Assembly (NCBI GenBank): GCA_964562725.1
Contig: CAZLUR010000001.1
Span: 34,301 to 98,300, forward strand
Direction of reading: 5' to 3'
DNA from: an uncultured Desulfohalobiaceae bacterium
GTDB lineage: Bacteria > Desulfobacterota > Desulfovibrionia > Desulfovibrionales > Desulfothermaceae
Length of the DNA: 64,000 nucleotides
A program made the position numbers and the translations under genes. The notes under the pieces are model-generated. The model saw only the letters and a program-made list of their open reading frames with translations. It ran no database searches and had not been told where the DNA came from. Below, piece after piece: positions 20,256 through 29,767 of the stretch (positions are counted from its first letter, which is position 1; each line of letters opens with the position of its first letter).

Positions 20256-21495
20256 CTTTGGCCTGGTTCTCTGTCAAAAAATTTATGGCTGATCTGAGGT
20301 CTGCAATCTTATCCTGGGTCAAGCCCTGGACGGCATGCAGTTCAGTATCAGATGCATCTTGCAGTTGCTGTATGTTCTGGAAGCCAGCAGCCAGAAATTT
20401 GTCTGTGGATACTCCGGTTACATTACTGGCTTGCTCCAGGTCCTGCTGGCGATTGTAGAGTTCTCCATATCTGCTTTCAGTAATGATATCAATATTCCAG
20501 CCCAAAAGCTTGCTGGCCAGCTTGACATTCTGGCCCCGACGGCCAATAGCCAGCTGGTGCTGATTGTCCGGGACCACCACTTCCAGGCTGTTTTCATCTT
20601 CGTCAACAGTTATACTGGAAATCCTGGCCGGAGAAAGGGCGTTGACTGCATAGGTAGTGATATCCGGGCTCCAGAGTACCAGGTCGATCTTTTCTCCTTT
20701 GAATTCTTGGACTATCTTGTTGATCCTGGAGCCTCTGACCCCGACGCAGGCCCCTACAGGGTCCACATCCCTATCTCGGGAAAGCAGGGATATCTTGGCC
20801 CTGTATCCCGGATCCCGGCTGACTCCCATGATTTTGATGGTGCCATCGCTTATTTCCGGTACCTCCAGCTTGAACAAGGCAGCCATGAAGTCAGGATGAG
20901 AACGGGAAAGAACTATCTGCGGGCCCCTGCTCTCTTTGAGTACATCCACGATATAGCCTTGGATCCTGTCCCCTCGGCGGTAATGCTCCCTGGGGATTTG
21001 TTCCTCCTTGGGCAGTACCGCCTCTGTGCGGCCCAGGTTGATGATCCATCCGGCCCGGTCTCTGCGTTGAATGGTTCCGCTGATGACGTCGTGCCTGCGA
21101 TCGATGAACTCTTCATATATAATTTCCTGTTCAGCATCGCGCATTCTTTGGATGATAACCTGTTTTGCAGATTGGGCTGCAATGCGGCCCAAATCCTCTA
21201 CCACCAGCTTGAAACCCAGCTCATCCTCCAGTTCTACGTTAGGATCCAGTGTTCGAGCCTCTTGCAGACTGATTTCAGTATTGGGATCTTCGACATCCTG
21301 CAGGACCACCTTGAACTGGTAGACTTCTATATCCCCGGTTTCTTCATTGAAGTTGACCTCAATATCCAGCTTGTTGCTGAATTTTTTATATACAGCAGTG
21401 CGTACGGCCTCCTCCAGGGTGTCCACCAGCACATCCCGGTCGATGCGCCTCTCCTTGCTGATATGGTCAATGGATTTTTTGAGCTCCAAACTCAT
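20236..21495 (-). CDS. nusA: Transcription termination/antitermination factor NusA
   Basis: NusA N-terminal domain, S1 and two KH domains (DPVGACVG.RG.R, AIGRRGQNV..A..L); 419 aa. Confidence 0.95.
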   Translation of the reverse strand: MSLELKKSIDHISKERRIDRDVLVDTLEEAVRTAVYKKFSNKLDIEVNFNEETGDIEVYQFKVVLQDVEDPNTEISLQEARTLDPNVELEDELGFKLVVEDLGRIAAQSAKQVIIQRMRDAEQEIIYEEFIDRRHDVISGTIQRRDRAGWIINLGRTEAVLPKEEQIPREHYRRGDRIQGYIVDVLKESRGPQIVLSRSHPDFMAALFKLEVPEISDGTIKIMGVSRDPGYRAKISLLSRDRDVDPVGACVGVRGSRINKIVQEFKGEKIDLVLWSPDITTYAVNALSPARISSITVDEDENSLEVVVPDNQHQLAIGRRGQNVKLASKLLGWNIDIITESRYGELYNRQQDLEQASNVTGVSTDKFLAAGFQNIQQLQDASDTELHAVQGLTQDKIADLRSAINFLTENQAKDEESEH

Positions 21496-21583
21496 ATTAG
21501 ACCTCCGCTAACTTGCCTTGGGCGTTATTCATGCTTTTGTCCTGCAGTAAATCCCATTATGCCCTGGGGGTCAAAAACAGGTT

Positions 21584-22051
21584 TTATTCCGGTCTGTAGA
21601 CCAGATTGGCCTTTTTTACTCCTGCCCAGGCAATTCTGATCCGATCTCCTGGCTCTTGCTCCAAGAGCACTTCCTGGCCCTGGATACTGATCAGCCTGCC
21701 CCGCCATTTGCTTTTGCCCTGCAGCTTTTCCTTTAGCTTTAGCAGCACTTCCCGGCCTTGGTAAGCTTGCATCTGCTGCAAGTTGAAAAAAGGTCTGTCC
21801 AGACCAGGTGAAGAGACTTCCAGGGTATAAGCGCCTGGAAAGGGGTCCTGGACATCCAAGAGATAATTTAAATGCCTGCTCACTTTTGCGCACTGCTCAA
21901 CACTGACCCCTTGGGGAGAATCGATGTAGACCCGCAGTGTTCCTCCTTTGGGGGCGGCAGGTAGCTCCAGGCCCCATAAATCCAGGCCCAGACCCTGAAC
22001 CATGGGCTGGATCAGGTCCAGCAATTGCTTATAAAGATGCTCGTACTGCAT
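21584..22051 (-). CDS. rimP: Ribosome maturation factor RimP
   Basis: LEVSSPGLDRPF motif. I chose internal ATG 22051 because the longer ORF would run through the tRNA gene. Confidence 0.85.
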   Translation of the reverse strand: MQYEHLYKQLLDLIQPMVQGLGLDLWGLELPAAPKGGTLRVYIDSPQGVSVEQCAKVSRHLNYLLDVQDPFPGAYTLEVSSPGLDRPFFNLQQMQAYQGREVLLKLKEKLQGKSKWRGRLISIQGQEVLLEQEPGDRIRIAWAGVKKANLVYRPE

Positions 22052-22135
22052 TTTATAATGTTTTGTGTTGATTGCCAAAAAAAAGGTGGACCTCCGGGCC
22101 CACCCCTGTAAATACAAAACTGATTTAAAGAGGAC

Positions 22136-22211
22136 TGGAGCGGGTGACGGGGGTCGAACCCGCGACACCAAGCTTGGGAAGCTTGTACTCTACCAACTGA
22201 GCTACACCCGC
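22136..22211 (-). tRNA. tRNA-Gly (anticodon CCC), CCA encoded
   Basis: Folded by hand from GCGGGTG-TA-GCTC-AGTTGGTA-GAGT-A-CAAGC-TTCCCAA-GCTTG-GTGTC-GCGGG-TTCGACC-CCCGT-CACCCGC-T-CCA. All four stems pair; 76 nt. Confidence 0.9.
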
Positions 22212-22224
22212 TCTGGAATAGGAA

Positions 22225-22253
22225 ATGATAGGTTAAGGCATTGATTTTGTCAA
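22225..22253 (-). promoter_or_regulatory. Sigma70-type promoter for tRNA-Gly and probably the downstream rimP-nusA-infB operon
   Basis: Minus strand reads TTGACA (22253-22248), a 17-nt spacer, then TATCAT (22230-25). The -10 element ends about 13 nt before the mature tRNA 5' end. Confidence 0.6.
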
Positions 22254-22617
22254 GGGCTACTGGTTTTGCAGGGCTATGTTCTTATACTGGAGCACTATGC
22301 CCAGATTAATAATTTTTATAAAGGCTGTCCTGGCCATATTTTTGGTGGAAATTCGAAGTAAAAAGTAGTATCAGGTTTCAACCCCTGGTCTGTCAGCATG
22401 CAAAGTCTGCCTGCACACTGTGCCTTTGGCTTTTGAGGTTGCTTGTCTGTATTGCATTTTGTATGAGTTTGCAAGAAGAGGCCTGCAAGAAGACCCTGCA
22501 TGGTTTTAAGCATGTACTTTATTATTACCTGCTGTACTGGATTTTCACTGCTGGAGGTCCAAGAGCGAAAGATATGATTTATTTATCTGAAACTGGCTAA
22601 AACAAAGGGCCGGAAGC

Positions 22618-23457
22618 ATGGATTCGTCAATCAGCTATGTGTATATTTTGACTAAATCTAGACAGGAAAAGTCATATGCCTTGGGCTGCGACATAATGAA
22701 CTGGCTGAAGGCCAGAGGAGTTAAGGCCCAGGTCCAGGATCATGAACTCTTTCAGAATGGCATTGGACAGGGAACAGGCCGCCCCGATCTGATCCTTATT
22801 CTAGGCGGCGATGGTACCATGCTCAGTGTAGCGCGGAAGATTGGCCTCCAAGAGATTCCCATGCTGGGTCTGAATATGGGGCAGGTGGGTTTTTTGACAG
22901 AATTGTGCACTGAGAAATGGTCTTATATTTTGCAGGACGTTTTAAATGGTTGTTTTTCCATATCTCCCAGGATCGTGCTGGACTATCAAGTTCTCAGAGA
23001 TTGTGCAGTGCTGCATCAGGGCCGGGTGGTCAACGATCTGGTAATCAGCAGAGGAGGTATGGCCAGGCTGGCCAGGCTGAAGATCAGTTACGGGCCAAGT
23101 GAGATGTCTGAACTCAGGGCGGATGGCCTGCTCATCTCTACCCCCACCGGATCCACTGCTTACGCAGTTGCTGCTGGCGGGGCATTGATCAGCCCAGAGC
23201 TGGAAGTAGTTGAAGTATGCCCTATTTGTCCTTTTTTGAGCGGATTTAAGCCGGTAGTTCTGCCCAGCCATGAGTCATTGCAGGTGGATGTGCTCAGTCC
23301 CTCTCCGGATATGTTTTTGACCCAGGACGGTCAGGCTGGCTTACCTCTGCTGGCCGGGGATAAGATATTGATCAACCAGTCTCCAGGCCGGCTTTTCTTT
23401 GTCCAGCCCCACGGGAGCAACTATGTAAAAAAATTAAGACTCAAAGGCTACCTCTAA
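22618..23457 (+). CDS. nadK: NAD(+) kinase
   Basis: LILGGDGTML, NDLVI and STPTGSTAY motifs; 279 aa. Confidence 0.9.
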   Translation: MDSSISYVYILTKSRQEKSYALGCDIMNWLKARGVKAQVQDHELFQNGIGQGTGRPDLILILGGDGTMLSVARKIGLQEIPMLGLNMGQVGFLTELCTEKWSYILQDVLNGCFSISPRIVLDYQVLRDCAVLHQGRVVNDLVISRGGMARLARLKISYGPSEMSELRADGLLISTPTGSTAYAVAAGGALISPELEVVEVCPICPFLSGFKPVVLPSHESLQVDVLSPSPDMFLTQDGQAGLPLLAGDKILINQSPGRLFFVQPHGSNYVKKLRLKGYL

Positions 23458-23584
23458 CCAGATCTTTTAGCTCTTGCAGGAAAACGTCTCGGTTTGAATC
23501 CACAAGGCCTCATTGTTTTGCGCTGGCTGCAGCAGAAAAATGCGTATTGCTTTGGAAATGTAAAATGTATATCCTTTGGAATAG

Positions 23585-24766
23585 ATGTTTTTGAAAATAG
23601 CCAATATTTTTCTGATACTGGGGCTGCTACTCCAGAGTTGTGCATACCAAGTCCCTAAACCCGAGGAAAAAGGCCTGTTCCGGCTGAAGGAGCAAGAGGC
23701 CCTGCAGGTGGTGCAAGAGTTGGATCCCAGTAGCCAGGGGTTAACTTCCTGGCAGGACCTGGGTCCGGCATTGCGTAGAAGTCTGGAATATGTGCAGGCC
23801 AAGCCCCCGCAGGAGCAGGCCTTGCAAATCCAAGAGCTTGAAATCACCTGGGGCTGCTTGGCCCGCAACCTGGAGCTCCTCCTGGAATTGTTGCCCAGGC
23901 TGGACCAAGAGCCTGGACTGCTTGCAGAAAGTTTTGCCTGGTTTGAGTTAAGGCCCGGGCCTTTGTTCACTGGTTATTATCAGTACGAGCTGGAGGCCAG
24001 TCTGCAGCCCAGCCAGGAATATACCGTACCTCTTTTTGGCCCTCCAGAAGATTTGCAAATAGCAGATTTGGGGGATTTCCATCCCAGATGGCAGGGGCAA
24101 AGCTTGGTCTACAGGGTACATGAAGGCCGGATTGAACCTTATCCGGATCGCAAGAGCATCGAGCTGGAGAATGTACTGCAGGATAAGGCCCCGGTTCTGG
24201 CCTGGGCCAAGGATCAGATGGATGTTTTTTTCCTGCAGATTCAAGGCTCGGGACTGTTAAGACTGCCAGACGGTAGTGTGCAAAATATCGGATACGCAGC
24301 CAAAAACGACAGGCCTCACGTCTCCCTGGGTCGGGAGCTAGCCAGGCAGGGCCATCTGGAGCCTCATGATTTGAGTATGGAATCCATACAAGAATACCTG
24401 CGGCAGAACCCAGAACTAATGCCGGACATTCTGTTTTCTAACCCTAACTTTGTTTTTTTCAGGTTAACTGAAGCAGGGCCGTTTGGAGCTATGGGCCGAG
24501 AATTGACTCCCATGGTCAGTTTGGCCACAGACAGGGATATCTTGGCTTTGGGTACAGTCCTGGCCTATTCCGTGGCCTTGCCGGAAAAGGGGTCCGCGGA
24601 TAAGCTGCAGACAACTGCACTGGGCCTGGCCCAGGATGTGGGCGGCGCTATCCAGGGGCATCATCTGGATGTTTTTTTTGGTGCAGGGCAGGAAGCCAGG
24701 TACAGGGCATCCGGACTCAAAAATAAGGGCAGTGTATACTTGTTGTTGGCCGAGGAAATTTATTAA
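23585..24766 (+). CDS. mltA: Membrane-bound lytic murein transglycosylase A (lipoprotein)
   Basis: Signal peptide with lipobox LLLQSC, then MltA and 3D domains (FFLQIQGSG.L, LD.FFG.G..A); 393 aa. Confidence 0.82.
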   Translation: MFLKIANIFLILGLLLQSCAYQVPKPEEKGLFRLKEQEALQVVQELDPSSQGLTSWQDLGPALRRSLEYVQAKPPQEQALQIQELEITWGCLARNLELLLELLPRLDQEPGLLAESFAWFELRPGPLFTGYYQYELEASLQPSQEYTVPLFGPPEDLQIADLGDFHPRWQGQSLVYRVHEGRIEPYPDRKSIELENVLQDKAPVLAWAKDQMDVFFLQIQGSGLLRLPDGSVQNIGYAAKNDRPHVSLGRELARQGHLEPHDLSMESIQEYLRQNPELMPDILFSNPNFVFFRLTEAGPFGAMGRELTPMVSLATDRDILALGTVLAYSVALPEKGSADKLQTTALGLAQDVGGAIQGHHLDVFFGAGQEARYRASGLKNKGSVYLLLAEEIY

Positions 24767-24812
24767 GCAGCCATCAAGCCAGCTGTTTTGCGATTGTCTA
24801 AGGAGCTTTGTA

Positions 24813-26243
24813 ATGTTGGAATATGAAGCGGTTATAGGGCTGGAGGTGCATGCGCAGCTAAAGACAAGATCCAAGCTGTTTTGCAGCTGCTGCACCAGCT
24901 ACGGCGAAGAGCCCAACAGCAATGTTTGTCCTGTGTGTGCTGGCATGCCCGGAGCTTTGCCTGTATTGAACAAAAAGGCGGTGCAGTTTGCAGTCAAAAT
25001 GGCCTTGGCTGTGGGCTGCAAGGTGCACCGCAATTCAGTGTTTGCCAGAAAGAATTATTTTTATCCTGATTTGCCAAAAGGTTATCAGATTTCGCAATAC
25101 GAGTGCCCATTGGCCCGGGAGGGCAAGCTGGGCATCAGCGTGGATGATCAGGAGAAAGAGATCAGTATAGTACGCATTCACATGGAGGATGATGCAGGCA
25201 AGTCTATCCATGCCAAATCCGAAGATTTGAGTTATGTGGATCTGAACCGGACCGGAATTCCCTTGATTGAGATCGTGAGCGGACCTGAGCTGGGTTCTGC
25301 AGACGAGGCTGTGGCCTATCTGAAAGCACTGCGCAGCATATTGATCTATCTGGACATAAGCGAGGCCAACATGGAAGAGGGCAATTTCCGCTGTGACGCA
25401 AATGTTTCAGTCAGGCCTGCAGGCAGGGAGGATCTGGGGACCAGGACTGAATTGAAGAATTTAAATTCTTTCAGATTCGTGCACAAGGCCCTGGAATTCG
25501 AGATCAACAGGCAGATTGGGCTGTTGCTGGACGGGGAGCAGGTGGTGCAGGAGACCAGACTTTTTGACGAGGTCCAGGGAGTGACCAGGCCTATGCGGGG
25601 CAAGGAGGAGGCTCATGACTACCGTTACTTTCCTGATCCTGATCTGGCACCAGTGCAACTGCAGGAAAGGGAATTGTCTTTGTGGGCTGCCCAGCTCCCA
25701 GAACTGCCCAGGGCTAAACTGCAGAGGTTTGTCAATGATTACAGCCTGCCTGTGCAGGATGCCCAGAACTTGATTTCCGAACCTGCCCTGGCGGATTATT
25801 TCGAACAGACCGTGGCCAACTTCCCCTATGCAAGAACCGTAGCCAATTGGATACTGACTGAGATGCTGCATGAATTAAAGGCACAAAATATTTCTGTGCA
25901 GGATTGCAGGTTCGGCCCTGATTCTTTGGCTGCTTTGCTGCAACTCATCGAGATGCAGCAAATCAGCATCAAGATTGGCAAGCAGATTTTTCCTGACCTG
26001 TTCAGCTCTGGACAGGATCCTGAGCAATATGTCCAAGCGCAAGGTCTGCTGCAAATTTCCGATCAGGGGCATCTGGAGCAGATAGTGAGGACAGTGCTGC
26101 AGGAAAATCCTGATGAGGCAATGAAATTCAGGCAGGGCAAGAAAAAACTGCTGGGTTTCTTTATGGGCCGGGTAATGGCAAAGACTAAAGGCCAGGCCAA
26201 CCCCCAGTTGGTTGGTGAGCTCCTGCGGCAGGAATTGGAATAA
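24813..26243 (+). CDS. gatB: Asp/Glu-tRNA amidotransferase subunit B
   Basis: MLEYEAVIGLEVHAQL, CPVCAGMPGALPVLN, RIHMEDDAGK and a C-terminal GatB/YqeY domain. I chose ATG 24813. Confidence 0.93.
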   Translation: MLEYEAVIGLEVHAQLKTRSKLFCSCCTSYGEEPNSNVCPVCAGMPGALPVLNKKAVQFAVKMALAVGCKVHRNSVFARKNYFYPDLPKGYQISQYECPLAREGKLGISVDDQEKEISIVRIHMEDDAGKSIHAKSEDLSYVDLNRTGIPLIEIVSGPELGSADEAVAYLKALRSILIYLDISEANMEEGNFRCDANVSVRPAGREDLGTRTELKNLNSFRFVHKALEFEINRQIGLLLDGEQVVQETRLFDEVQGVTRPMRGKEEAHDYRYFPDPDLAPVQLQERELSLWAAQLPELPRAKLQRFVNDYSLPVQDAQNLISEPALADYFEQTVANFPYARTVANWILTEMLHELKAQNISVQDCRFGPDSLAALLQLIEMQQISIKIGKQIFPDLFSSGQDPEQYVQAQGLLQISDQGHLEQIVRTVLQENPDEAMKFRQGKKKLLGFFMGRVMAKTKGQANPQLVGELLRQELE

Positions 26244-26260
26244 TTTCCTAGGATCTGGTT

Positions 26261-27301
26261 ATGAAAAGGCATATCCGTTATTCAGAAAGTGAAAAAGTTC
26301 TTTTGCTCCTGGACCAGAGATACTTGCCCGGGCAGGAGAGATGGTTTGTCTGCCGCAATGTACCGGATCTGGTGCAGGCCATGCAGAAAATGGTGATCCG
26401 TGGCGCGCCTGCCTTGGGAGTCTGCGGGGCCTATGGCTGTTGCCTGGCCCTGCAGGGCCTGCAGGACGAAAACCAGAACTGGAAGCAAGAATTGTCCCGC
26501 AGGCTGGGAGTCTTGTCCAGGGCCAGGCCCACAGCTGTCAACCTGGCGTATTGTGTACAAAAGATGCAGAATGCCTGGTTGGCGGATACTGAGATTCAAC
26601 TCTACGACCTGCAATGGATGTGGCTGAAGATGGCCAAGGATATCCATGCCGAGGATATTGCAGCAAACAAGGCCTTGGGCAGGATAGGGGCCGAACTCTT
26701 GCAGACCGGGTTTAGCATTATGACCCATTGTAATGCCGGTGCCTTAGCCACAGGCGGTTATGGAACTGCTTTGGGTGTAATCAGAGCGGCCAAGGCTCAA
26801 GGCAAGGAGATTTCGGTTATAGCCAATGAAACCAGGCCAATCCTGCAGGGTGCAAGGCTGACTGCATACGAACTGCATCAGGATGGTATCCAGGTGCAGT
26901 TGGCCTGTGACAATTCTGCAGCCCTGCTCATGGCTCAGGGAGCAGTGGATGCGGTGCTGGTTGGGGCGGACCGGATTGCGGCCAACGGAGATACCGCTAA
27001 TAAAATAGGCACCCTGGGCCTGGCTGTGCTGGCAAATTATTATCTGATACCATTTTATGTAGCCGCACCTGTCTCCACCCTGGATCAAGATACTCCCCAT
27101 GGAGGGCAGATCCCCATCGAGCAAAGACCGGAACATGAAGTGATCAGGATTAATGGACAGAGCATAACCCCGGCAGGTATTAATGCCTATAACTATGCCT
27201 TTGATGTGACTCCGGCCAGCCTGATCAGGGCCATTATCACTGAAAAGGGCCTTTTGCAGCCCCCGTTTGTGGAGTCCATTGCCAAGGTTCTGGCCTCCTA
27301 A
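26261..27301 (+). CDS. mtnA: S-methyl-5-thioribose-1-phosphate isomerase (eIF-2B alpha/beta/delta family)
   Basis: LLDQRYLP, IRGAPALG, ETRP.LQGARLTA.EL and GADRIAANGD.ANKIGT. Confidence 0.88.
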   Translation: MKRHIRYSESEKVLLLLDQRYLPGQERWFVCRNVPDLVQAMQKMVIRGAPALGVCGAYGCCLALQGLQDENQNWKQELSRRLGVLSRARPTAVNLAYCVQKMQNAWLADTEIQLYDLQWMWLKMAKDIHAEDIAANKALGRIGAELLQTGFSIMTHCNAGALATGGYGTALGVIRAAKAQGKEISVIANETRPILQGARLTAYELHQDGIQVQLACDNSAALLMAQGAVDAVLVGADRIAANGDTANKIGTLGLAVLANYYLIPFYVAAPVSTLDQDTPHGGQIPIEQRPEHEVIRINGQSITPAGINAYNYAFDVTPASLIRAIITEKGLLQPPFVESIAKVLAS

Positions 27302-27366
27302 ATTGAGTTTGGCAATATTCCTGTTTAGTTCGAAAAAAGGGTGCCCAGAATTGGGCTTGGAATCAT

Positions 27367-28689
27367 ATGTTGCCTGTGATAGCAATAGTGGGCCGGACCA
27401 ATGTGGGCAAATCCACCCTGTTCAACAGGCTGGTGCGGGAAAAAAAGTCTTTGACCCATGATCAGCCCGGTGTGACCAGGGATCGGGTCTTTTGCCAGGT
27501 GCAAACAGATCAGGGCCCTTTTGCGCTGGTGGATACCGGGGGCCTGGATCTTGATTCCAGGCAAGACATGGAGCTTGAGATATTTGCCCAGGCCAGGGAG
27601 GCCCTGGAACAGGCCCAGATGATATTGCTGGTGATGGACGGCAGGCAGGGTCTGAGCTCAACAGACGCCCAATTAGCGGATTATGTGCGTAAGTCCAACA
27701 AACCTTTGCTGCTGGTGGTGAATAAAGTAGATGGACCGGAATGGGAACAGTCTTGTTTGCAAGACTTTTACTCACTGGGCCTGGAGATGATTGCGGTCTC
27801 TGCAGCCCATGGCTATAATATGCCCCAGTTAATGCAACGATTGCAGGGTTGGGTCCGGGACTTAATCCCGGAAGACTATGTATACAATCCCATACCCAAG
27901 GAGACGTTGAAGTTGGCCCTGCTGGGCAGGCCCAATGTGGGCAAGTCTTCTCTGATCAACGCCTTTTTGGGGCAAAAAAGGCTGATTGTCAGCTCCCAGC
28001 CCGGCACGACCAGGGATAGTGTAGATGTCTTGCTGCAAAAGGAAGGTAAAAGCTACATATTTCTAGATACTGCAGGGGTGCGCAGAAGAACAAAGGTAAG
28101 GGACTCTTTGGAGAGGTTTAGTGTGCTCAGGGCCCTGAAAACCAGCAAAAATGCCCAGGTGACCTTGCTTGTCCTGGACGCCTTGCAGGGCCTGCATAAA
28201 CAGGACAAGAAACTGCTTTCCTTTTTGGACCAGGAAAAGTTACCCCTGGTCATTGCAGTGAATAAGATAGACCTGATCCCCAAAAAGAGCCGGGATCAAC
28301 TCAAGAGATACTTTGAGCAAGAGCTGCGGTTTTGCGCCCATGTACCTATAATTTACACTTCCAGCGTGACCAAGGCCGGGCTAGGCGGCCTTTTGCCCCT
28401 GGCGGAAAAACTTTGGATGGAATGCAACCGCAGAGTTGGCACTGGTGAACTAAACAGGCTGCTGCATCAGGCTATCAGCAGCCATCAACCTCCGGTGGTC
28501 AAACAGAAAAGGCCGAGATTCTATTACCTGACCCAGGTCAAGGCTGCTCCCCCCACATTTATCTTTTTTGTTAATGACCATACTCTGATCCAGGCCTCTT
28601 ATGCCAGATATCTGGAAAGGCAAATTCGAAAGATTTTCGGGTTCTTCATGTCTCCTATCCAGCTTGTGTTTAGGACCAGTCAGGGCTGA
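27367..28689 (+). CDS. der: Ribosome biogenesis GTPase Der (EngA)
   Basis: Two tandem G domains (GRTNVGKSTLFNRL, GRPNVGKSSLINA) plus a KH-like C terminus; 440 aa. Confidence 0.93.
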   Translation: MLPVIAIVGRTNVGKSTLFNRLVREKKSLTHDQPGVTRDRVFCQVQTDQGPFALVDTGGLDLDSRQDMELEIFAQAREALEQAQMILLVMDGRQGLSSTDAQLADYVRKSNKPLLLVVNKVDGPEWEQSCLQDFYSLGLEMIAVSAAHGYNMPQLMQRLQGWVRDLIPEDYVYNPIPKETLKLALLGRPNVGKSSLINAFLGQKRLIVSSQPGTTRDSVDVLLQKEGKSYIFLDTAGVRRRTKVRDSLERFSVLRALKTSKNAQVTLLVLDALQGLHKQDKKLLSFLDQEKLPLVIAVNKIDLIPKKSRDQLKRYFEQELRFCAHVPIIYTSSVTKAGLGGLLPLAEKLWMECNRRVGTGELNRLLHQAISSHQPPVVKQKRPRFYYLTQVKAAPPTFIFFVNDHTLIQASYARYLERQIRKIFGFFMSPIQLVFRTSQG

Positions 28690-28827
28690 GAATGGAGATC
28701 TAAATCAACTGGCCTGGACTGAAGCATAACTGCTGCAGGTGATTTTTCATTTGTTATTTAGCCAGCTCAATCCATGTGGTCTGGTTGTATCAGGAGCGGA
28801 CATTATGAGTATAAAGGAGCGCTTAAC

Positions 28828-29751
28828 ATGTTGGAAAAGACAAAACTGATCTGGTTTGACGGCCAGTTTGTGCCTTGGGACCAAGCCCAGGTGCATGTAC
28901 TGGCCCATACTTTGCACTATGGGGTGGCAGTGTTTGAGGGTCTGAGAAGTTATGAGAGCTCAGACGGCAGGGCTGCAATATTTCGTCTGGATGAGCATGT
29001 GCAAAGGTTATTTGATTCTGCGCACATCCTGCAGATGGAAATCCCTTTTTCCTTGCAGGAAACCAGGGAAGCCGTTATCGAAACCTTAAGGATCAACAAG
29101 CTAAAAAAAGGGTATGTCAGGCCTCTGGCCTTTATCGGCTTCGGTGCGATGGGTGTTTATCCTGGAGAAAACCCTGTGCACCTGGCAATTGCTGCCTGGC
29201 CTTGGGGGGCTTATCTGGGTGAGGTCGCATTAGAGAATGGTATCCGAGTCAAGACCTCCAGTTTCACGCGCAGTCACGTGAATGCAGTTATGACCAAAGC
29301 CAAGGCCAGTGGAAATTACGTCAATTCGGTGCTGGCCAAAAGAGAGGCCTTGGCGGACGGTTACGACGAGGCTTTAATGCTGGATGCCCAGGGCTATGTG
29401 TCAGAGGCTTCCGGAGAAAACCTGTTTATCGTTAAAAGGAGCGTGCTCAAGACCCCTCCTGTAGGTTCGATTCTGTCCGGGATAACCCGCAATGCAGTGA
29501 TTACCCTGGCCAGAGATATGGATTACGAGGTTTTGGAGCAACGCTTCACCAGGGATGAGATCTATACAGCTGATGAGGCCTTTTTTACTGGAACAGCTGC
29601 AGAATTGACCCCGATACAGGAGTTGGACCGCAGAAAGATCGGTTTGGGCAAGGCTGGGCCAATAACCAAGCTTCTGCAGCAGGAATTTTTCAATGCAGCG
29701 CGGGGAGAAAACCTGAAATACGCCGGCTGGCTAACCAATTTTCAGCTCTGA
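28828..29751 (+). CDS. ilvE: Branched-chain amino acid aminotransferase
   Basis: HTLHYGVAVFEG.R, a class IV aminotransferase fold and GITR.... I chose ATG 28828, which has AAGGAG upstream. Confidence 0.88.
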   Translation: MLEKTKLIWFDGQFVPWDQAQVHVLAHTLHYGVAVFEGLRSYESSDGRAAIFRLDEHVQRLFDSAHILQMEIPFSLQETREAVIETLRINKLKKGYVRPLAFIGFGAMGVYPGENPVHLAIAAWPWGAYLGEVALENGIRVKTSSFTRSHVNAVMTKAKASGNYVNSVLAKREALADGYDEALMLDAQGYVSEASGENLFIVKRSVLKTPPVGSILSGITRNAVITLARDMDYEVLEQRFTRDEIYTADEAFFTGTAAELTPIQELDRRKIGLGKAGPITKLLQQEFFNAARGENLKYAGWLTNFQL

Positions 29752-29767
29752 TTGGCGGCAGTGCCCC

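Noticed and set aside
20335-21639. 434-aa ORF on the + strand covering all of nusA
   Set aside because: It is the antisense shadow frame of a strongly supported gene. It has no recognisable motifs, no Shine-Dalgarno and a low-complexity hydrophobic composition typical of shadow ORFs.
22470-22493. Direct repeat tgcaagaaga at 14-nt spacing upstream of nadK
   Set aside because: It is only 10 nt with two copies. I cannot distinguish it from chance or assign a function by eye.
22316-22513. 65-aa minus-strand ORF upstream of nadK
   Set aside because: It has no ribosome-binding site and no motif, and it sits in a promoter region.
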